64,000 nucleotides of DNA from Nannocystales bacterium (lineage in GTDB: Bacteria > Myxococcota_A > Polyangia > Nannocystales > Nannocystaceae). The stretch's first letter is position 1, and the number at the start of each line of letters is the position of its first letter. A program made the translations under genes and the position numbers. Location: positions 64,001 through 128,000 of the forward strand of contig JBOEGF010000024.1 in the NCBI GenBank assembly GCA_050633305.1, written 5' to 3'. The notes beneath the pieces are model-generated. The model was not told the DNA's origin. It was given only the letters and a program-made list of their open reading frames with translations, and did not search any database. Below, one piece after another: positions 58,170 through 64,000 of the stretch.

Positions 58170-60633
58170 GGACCCCCCCCACAGTGTTCACGGAGGGCGG
58201 CTTCCGTTCGACGAGCGCTGGATGCGACGCAAGTCGCGGGTGGCTCTCTTCGGTGAGGACGGCGCCCTATCCCTGGGTCGTTACCAAATTGGCGAACGTC
58301 TCGGGGCCGGGGGAATGGGCACGGTCTACTCGGCGTGGGATCCGGAACTCGAGCGCAAGATCGCGATCAAGGTTCTCCACCATCGAGATTCGGACGCGGC
58401 CAGACGACTGCGGCAGGAAGCTCGAGCGCTGGCCGCACTCGCGCACCCCAACGTCGTCACCGTGTTCGAGGTCGCGCATGCATCCAGCGAGGTGTTCCTC
58501 GTGATGGAACACGTTGAAGGAAGCACGCTTCGCGACTGGCAAGGCGCGGAGGGCCGACGCGTCGGCGAGGTCCTGGGCGCCTACCACCAAGCGGGGCTGG
58601 GGCTCGCCGCGGCACATCGCGCGGACTTGGTTCATGGCGACTTCAAGCCCGACAACGTGCTCGTCCACGCCGATGGGCGAGTCCGTGTTGCCGACTTCGG
58701 CCTATGCGGACGCGGACCGACCCCGGGCTCGGACTCCGAGGACCACGGACAAACGCGTGGTGGAGGAACCGCCGCCTACATGGCGCCGGAGCTGCAGCAG
58801 GACGCTCGGGCGGATGCGCGCAGCGACCAGTTCGCGTTCTGCGTCTCCCTTCGCGAGGGACTGCGGACCGCCGAGGGGCGAGTACCGCGGCGTGTACATC
58901 GCGCAGTCGAACGAGGCTTGTCGCGGGATCCTGACGAACGGTTTTCTTCGCTCGAAGAGCTGTTGCGGGCGATCGAGCCGCGTAGTCGTTGGTGGATCGG
59001 GCCAACCGCAGGGCTGGCGGCCGCCGGGGTACTTCTGGCGATCGGGTCTCGCGATCCTTGCTCCGAGTCTGCGCGGCGCGTTTGGTCCGAACACCGGGCT
59101 CTCGTTCAGCCCGAGTTTGAGGCCGGGGAGCCCCGCTGGGTTGCCTCAACGTGGCGTGGAGTCGATCAAGCGCTGCAGGCCCACGAGAATGCCTTGGTGC
59201 TGGCGGGCGATGATGCGTGCCGGGCCGCGGACCACCGCACCCCAGTGTTGTCCGAGCGAGCGCAGACGTGTCTCGAAACGGCGTCGACCGAACTCGACAC
59301 TTTCATCGAGCGCCTCCTCGAGTCCGACGCTTCGGTGCTCGCAACCGCGGCGCTTCGCGTCTCGCTGCTCACCCCGGTCGAGCGCTGCCGAAACGAGGCG
59401 ACGCTCGAACATCTCGAACCGCGGCTCGACCCAAGACGGCATCAGCGGTTGGTCGATGCGGCCGTCTCGTTCGCTCGCCTTCCCAACGTCCCGATCAGCG
59501 CTGATGAGGCGGAACAGCGCGCGGGGATCGAAGACGGAGGCATGACCGCGTCGCTTGCGCTGAGGGTCAGAGCCCAGTCGGCGATCTCCGAGGGGAGGCC
59601 GTCCGATGCGGTCACGGACCTCAAGCGGTCGGTCGCCATCTCCGAGCGGCAGGGGGATGACGCCGCTCGTGTTCACGGCCTCGCGCTGCTCGCCTTCGCC
59701 ATCGGCCAAGACACACAACGCCTTCGCGAAGCCGAGCAGATTGGGGTTCAAGCCCTGTCCGCTCTCGACGCGATGTCGCCCCAGCCGATTCTTCGCGCCC
59801 GCCTCTTGCACGACCTGGGGTCGGTGGCTGCCCACGCTCGGCCGCCAAGTCTCGAGGACGCGATCGCACGACATGAGGATGCCGTCGCAACCCTCGAGCA
59901 ACACGTCGGAGCGGAGCACCCGCTGACCCTCCGGGCTCGACTGAGCCTTGGGTCGGCGCTCAGTCTTGCGGGGCGCCATGCCGAAGCGGTGTTCTTGCTC
60001 GAGAGCACCGACGCCGCAGTTCAGGGCGTTTGGAAGCACCAAGAGCCTACGTGGGCTCGAGCCCGCCGTGCGCTGGGCCTCGCACACTTGGCAGCGCGAA
60101 ACCACGCGGATGCCCTCGAGGTCCTCTCCGATGCTCGAGAGGCGAACCGAGAGCGAGGTGCGCCCCCGTTGGAGCGCGCGTACGACCACTACAATCTTGC
60201 CCTGGTTCAGCGCCGGCTCGACCGTCCTGCCGATGCTTACGCCGAGCTCGAGCGGGGTTATCCCATCGCGCGCGAGGCACTGGGAGCTGAACACCCCGAG
60301 CTCACCCCTTGGCTCGCGCTTCTCGGGCGCACGGCCCTGAAGCTCGGGCGCGATGCCGAGGCCGCGCGATGGTTCGAACGCGCGCTTTACCTGTGCGAAC
60401 TCGACGGCGCGGAGCCCAAGGAATTCGCCAAGCTTCGACTCAATCTCGCAGAGGCGTTGCGCGAGAGCGATGCCGAAACAGCCCGAGTTCACGCAGACGG
60501 CACACGCCGCTTCCTGGCGCAACAGCCCGAGGGGACGTACAAGAAGCTCCGCGCGCGCCTGCAGGCGTTGACTGAAGCGTTGGTCACAGACCGAGCTCTG
60601 CCAGGGTCCGAGGCGCCACTTCAAAGCCGTTGA
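58162..60633 (+). CDS. Ser/Thr protein kinase with TM and TPR repeats
   Basis: LGAGGMGTVY, AIK, HGDFKPDNV, DFG, GTAAYMAPE; TPR-like GAEHPLT/GAEHPEL; start overlaps the sigma stop. Confidence 0.92.
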   Translation: MLEDPPHSVHGGRLPFDERWMRRKSRVALFGEDGALSLGRYQIGERLGAGGMGTVYSAWDPELERKIAIKVLHHRDSDAARRLRQEARALAALAHPNVVTVFEVAHASSEVFLVMEHVEGSTLRDWQGAEGRRVGEVLGAYHQAGLGLAAAHRADLVHGDFKPDNVLVHADGRVRVADFGLCGRGPTPGSDSEDHGQTRGGGTAAYMAPELQQDARADARSDQFAFCVSLREGLRTAEGRVPRRVHRAVERGLSRDPDERFSSLEELLRAIEPRSRWWIGPTAGLAAAGVLLAIGSRDPCSESARRVWSEHRALVQPEFEAGEPRWVASTWRGVDQALQAHENALVLAGDDACRAADHRTPVLSERAQTCLETASTELDTFIERLLESDASVLATAALRVSLLTPVERCRNEATLEHLEPRLDPRRHQRLVDAAVSFARLPNVPISADEAEQRAGIEDGGMTASLALRVRAQSAISEGRPSDAVTDLKRSVAISERQGDDAARVHGLALLAFAIGQDTQRLREAEQIGVQALSALDAMSPQPILRARLLHDLGSVAAHARPPSLEDAIARHEDAVATLEQHVGAEHPLTLRARLSLGSALSLAGRHAEAVFLLESTDAAVQGVWKHQEPTWARARRALGLAHLAARNHADALEVLSDAREANRERGAPPLERAYDHYNLALVQRRLDRPADAYAELERGYPIAREALGAEHPELTPWLALLGRTALKLGRDAEAARWFERALYLCELDGAEPKEFAKLRLNLAEALRESDAETARVHADGTRRFLAQQPEGTYKKLRARLQALTEALVTDRALPGSEAPLQSR

Positions 60634-61534
60634 GCGTCAGGAGGAACGTGCCTCCCACCTCGTCGAACATCGCGGCGGTTGGGAGCTCGACCCCAGCGGC
60701 GCGCAGGAAGCGGTCGTCGACGCGGAGACCCGCATACGCCAACTGGAGCTCGCCGTCGCAGTCGGCATCCTGAGCCGTCGAGGGAGGAAGCGAGACGAGA
60801 ACGCTGTCGTACGGTTGAACATCGACCGTGCCCTCCGCGATGCCTTGCAGGACCTCGAAGTCGATCTCGAGCGGGGGCGGTTGCATGCCTTGCCCCTGGT
60901 CCGCGATCCAGTTCGGGTTGGTCGCGAGTTGATTGGTGAGCTTGGATGCTTCGAGGTCGGCGAAGATCGTCAACATCAGCCCAGGTTCGACCGGAACCTC
61001 GTTGGGGTCGGCGTCGACGCGGATGGTGATGCCCGAATGCAGGCCGCCGCTGGGATCGGACACCGTGAACATGCTCCCGATTCCGTTCGGGCCCGTGACT
61101 GGGGGCGATGTCGCCACGACGCCGGACACGGAGACCCACGTGCCTTGAGGCACCATGCCCTGCTGAATCGCGAACACACTCGAGGCGAGCGGGGGATCAC
61201 CGCCCATCCCGATCCCGGTGTCCTCGCCGCCCGCGGACCCTCCTCCGTCGGAGTTGCCGTAGCCGCTCGTCGCTCCATCGAACCCGTCGAACCCGTCCGC
61301 CTCCGCCTCGTCGCACCCCGATTCGATGATGCCGGTCTCGCACATCGTCTCGCAGGTCGTCTCTGTCGACTCGGACCCCGGTGTCGTCGTCCCGCTGGAG
61401 GTCGAGGCGCCCGCCGTCCCGGTGGGTCCTGTTGAACCGGCAGACCCCGTCGAAGCGGAGCCTCCGGCCATCGGCTCGGGCGCACGACAGCCAGCGAGCG
61501 CGAGCACCGCGACGCAAAGACAAATGCACTTCAC
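60584..61534 (-). CDS. Lipoprotein with S/T/G-rich linker and beta-rich (OB-fold-like) domains
   Basis: Lipobox LAGC; VSVSGVVAT..SGITI; YDSVLV; FEVAPRT..EL. Confidence 0.7.
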   Translation of the reverse strand: MKCICLCVAVLALAGCRAPEPMAGGSASTGSAGSTGPTGTAGASTSSGTTTPGSESTETTCETMCETGIIESGCDEAEADGFDGFDGATSGYGNSDGGGSAGGEDTGIGMGGDPPLASSVFAIQQGMVPQGTWVSVSGVVATSPPVTGPNGIGSMFTVSDPSGGLHSGITIRVDADPNEVPVEPGLMLTIFADLEASKLTNQLATNPNWIADQGQGMQPPPLEIDFEVLQGIAEGTVDVQPYDSVLVSLPPSTAQDADCDGELQLAYAGLRVDDRFLRAAGVELPTAAMFDEVGGTFLLTLNGFEVAPRTLAELGL

Positions 61535-61582
61535 TCCGATGATCGTAGCTCAAGTGAGATCGAGTGGGTCGCGCTCCAAAAC

Positions 61583-61975
61583 GTGGGGTGCACAGGGCGA
61601 GACTTCGAGGCCACCCGCTGCACGACCTACGACGTCAAGGTCTTTGCCGATGGGCGTGTGATCTGGGAAGGCCACCAGCTCGTGCAGCCACTCGGTCCGG
61701 CGCACTCGAAAATCTCCCGGGCTCAGGCTCGGCGCCTGCTCGCGTACGTTCGCTCGAAAGCTCCCCAGTTGGCAGCACGCGAGTGCGGATACGACCACGC
61801 TCGCTACTTCGGGATCGTCCTCGGCGAGCCGGGCCGGGCCAGTCTCCTCGCGTACTGGTCCTGCGGAAGGCCCTATCGCGCGGTCGCACGCCGGATCAGC
61901 CGGGTCGCGGGTGTCTCTCGCCAGACGCGATTCCGCCCTAGCGAATCTCCGTTCACGGGCAGCCCTACACCTTAG
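61583..61975 (+). CDS. Hypothetical protein or fragment (DUF6438-like)
   Basis: C..YDVKVFADGRVIWEG...DH pattern; no clear signal peptide or start. Confidence 0.35.
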   Translation: MGCTGRDFEATRCTTYDVKVFADGRVIWEGHQLVQPLGPAHSKISRAQARRLLAYVRSKAPQLAARECGYDHARYFGIVLGEPGRASLLAYWSCGRPYRAVARRISRVAGVSRQTRFRPSESPFTGSPTP

Positions 61976-62147
61976 GTGTCCCTCACCCATGTGGCTCGTG
62001 GGTGTGAGCAGTGTGAGCCGTTGATGAATGGACCCCTGGAGGTGTCGCATGGACCGGAATCGACCGGACAGTGGGGGTCCGGCGGGAGCCCTCGAAAGTG
62101 CATCGCTCGGTGGCCTTGGGGGCTGAATCACATCGGCCCATGTCCAG

Positions 62148-62954
62148 TCATCCCTGAACCAGTGCCAGGTGCGCTCCAACGGGATCACGGATCACGGCAC
62201 TGGCGTACTCGCCATCAGACCCGCGCGTAGCCTTGACCACCTCTCCGCCGAGAGCTCCCGCGAGTCGGATGCTCTCGGCCAGGTCGCCCACCGGAAGGTA
62301 AAGCAGCCAGACCGGGGGCAGGCCGACGTTCACACCCCGCGCATGGCAGACGCCTGCCACGGCGCTGTTGTCTTCATCGAGCATGCAGTAGTCGGCATAG
62401 GCCTTGTCGCCGGGCGGCGGCTTCATGGCCACGTCCTCCACCGACCAGCCGGTCACCTGTCGGTAGAAGTCTCCGGTGGTAGCGGCGTCGGCGACGGTCA
62501 GGTCGAGCCATGCGATGCGCCCGGCGCTGGACTTCGCATCCTCATCGTGTTCGCCGGATTGTGACGGCCCTGCCGGACCTGCGGGGACGAGGCCGAATGC
62601 AGCCTCGTTTGGATCGAGAAGCACCGCCCACTGGCTCGCCCCGTCCTCCCCCTTGTTGTGCATGAGCTCGCTACCGCCGAGCGAGAGCGCCCGTTCGACG
62701 CTGACCGCAACATCGGCCACCTGAATGTGGGGCATCCACTGGAGCGGGAGGTGCTCGTACTCTGGGAGTCGCTCGCCGACACCGACGACGGGCATGCCCA
62801 AGTTGTTCAGCAGCTTGTCGCCCCACAGGGGGCCATCGCCAGTGCCCAGGACGCTGGCGTAGAACGCCAACACACGCGCATGCTGGGGCACGGCGATGTC
62901 GGCGCTGAGGACTGCGCCGACGCGAGAGAGGAAAGGGTCGCTCATAGCCACCAT
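62148..62954 (-). CDS. Two-domain VOC/glyoxalase family protein
   Basis: AFYASVLG, WMPHIQVADV, DPNEAAFGL; IAWLDL..DFYRQVTGW, WLLYLPV, DPVGAHLAL. Confidence 0.88.
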   Translation of the reverse strand: MVAMSDPFLSRVGAVLSADIAVPQHARVLAFYASVLGTGDGPLWGDKLLNNLGMPVVGVGERLPEYEHLPLQWMPHIQVADVAVSVERALSLGGSELMHNKGEDGASQWAVLLDPNEAAFGLVPAGPAGPSQSGEHDEDAKSSAGRIAWLDLTVADAATTGDFYRQVTGWSVEDVAMKPPPGDKAYADYCMLDEDNSAVAGVCHARGVNVGLPPVWLLYLPVGDLAESIRLAGALGGEVVKATRGSDGEYASAVIRDPVGAHLALVQG

Positions 62955-63011
62955 CTTCGCTCGTCTCTGGCGCGCCCGTCTCGCTGCATGAACAAGGCCT
63001 CGCCGCCAGGC

Positions 63012-63602
63012 CTACTTGCCGCCCAGCCGGGACGCGTACTCGGCGAATGCCTCATCGCCCAGAGCTTTGCTGATCTTCTCGATCATCGCGCGTTCGTCCT
63101 CGGAGATCGGGTTGAAGATCTGCAGGAATCCACCGGCCGCCTCGGCTACGAGGATGCACAGCCCGACGACGGTCTTCGCACCGCTCGGCTTCTCTCGCAG
63201 AAGATCCCGGAGGACTTCCAGCGACTCGTCCAGGTATTCCTTGGAGGGACGTTTTTCGAGCAGCGCCTGGAGCACCGTGAACGCGCTGCCACCATTGACA
63301 CCGCGGACCCGTAGCAGATTCAGAATCATCGCGCGTTCGCCTTGCTGGACCTTCCCGTCGGCCCACGCGACGTGGACCAGCGGCAGCAGATCGAAGACGC
63401 GCTCGGCCTCCCCCTCAAACCCGAGCTCTCGGATTCGGTCCGATAGCTTGTGGCGCGACTCTTCGATCTCACCCTGCGCCAGCGCGACACGATCGACCTG
63501 CATGGCGACAGCTGACTCATGCAGAGCCACCCGCAGCTCCTCGCGCTCTCCGGCGCCCTCTGTCGAAAAAACGGGGGCTCCGGGCTCGGTCTGATCCGCC
63601 AT
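63012..63602 (-). CDS. TerB-like helical protein
   Basis: LPLVHVAWADGKVQQGER, VAEAAGGFL..ISEDERAMIEKI..ALG. Confidence 0.7.
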   Translation of the reverse strand: MADQTEPGAPVFSTEGAGEREELRVALHESAVAMQVDRVALAQGEIEESRHKLSDRIRELGFEGEAERVFDLLPLVHVAWADGKVQQGERAMILNLLRVRGVNGGSAFTVLQALLEKRPSKEYLDESLEVLRDLLREKPSGAKTVVGLCILVAEAAGGFLQIFNPISEDERAMIEKISKALGDEAFAEYASRLGGK

Positions 63603-63801
63603 GGGTACATGGTAGCGCCAAACCAAGGCTGCACGGTTTGCCGGCCGGGCGGGTGAGCGCCGCCGGCGTCTCACGGACCGAATCACGTCGGGGGAAGTCG
63701 ACTGGACGCCGACGTTCACTGTTTCCAGAACGAAAAAGTCGACCGCGGTGCCTCCGGGCCTTAGGAGCCCAGGGGTCGTCGTGGACGGATCACCACTGTG
63801 G

Positions 63802-63999
63802 TCAGTTCAACGTGATGTACATCGGCAGCATCGCCGGGGACATCCCCTGGCCACCCACGTCGATCTCCGTCTCGATGAAGTCGTGGTCGCTCATCTCGTA
63901 GGTCTGGTCCGCCTCGTAGTTGGGCTCGAACACCTGGGTGCGGAGGCCCGTGAGTTCGAAGCTCGGGTCGCGGAGGAATACATGGTCGACGGCGGCCGT
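63802..63999 (-). CDS. C-terminal part of an endonuclease/exonuclease/phosphatase family protein (5' truncated by window edge)
   Basis: Minus frame reads AVDHVFLRD...EMSDHDFIETEI...TLN*, with the EEP DH and SDH motifs. Confidence 0.65.
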   Translation of the reverse strand, partial: TAAVDHVFLRDPSFELTGLRTQVFEPNYEADQTYEMSDHDFIETEIDVGGQGMSPAMLPMYITLN

Positions 64000-64000
64000 C

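Noticed and set aside
61240..61300. SGYG in the S/T/G-rich lipoprotein as a trans substrate of the rSAMs
   Set aside because: Single YG in a Gly-rich linker, no CxxC-x10-CxxC leader and no coupling to an rSAM; chance occurrence is likely.

Overview
High-GC bacterial DNA from a myxobacterium, probably Nannocystis/Plesiocystis/Enhygromyxa-like (inferred from a MYXO-CTERM protein, many lipoproteins, FHA-GGDEF cyclases and an ECF sigma/Ser-Thr kinase pair). The first ~44 kb holds mostly housekeeping and envelope genes: S41 protease, OmpA/TSP3 protein, moaB, a small polysaccharide cluster, class I LysRS, fur, xseB-ispA, lytic transglycosylase and DEAD-box helicase. The last ~20 kb is accessory and holds the most interesting system: two paralogous cassettes, each with a Zn-ribbon-leader, Ser/Thr-rich LIPOPROTEIN carrying Tyr-Gly or repeated Tyr-Tyr-Ala-Gly motifs, directly followed by a PlpX-like ('splicease'-type) radical SAM/SPASM enzyme. 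The second cassette continues into a PMT/ArnT-like GT-C glycosyltransferase and is divergent from an ECF sigma + kinase pair. Between the cassettes lie an intact HUH (Y1/RAYT-like) transposase flanked by inverted arrays of REP-like hairpins, and a frameshifted RAYT pseudogene cut off by an IS3-like end. All calls are from motif reading; no database searches were run.
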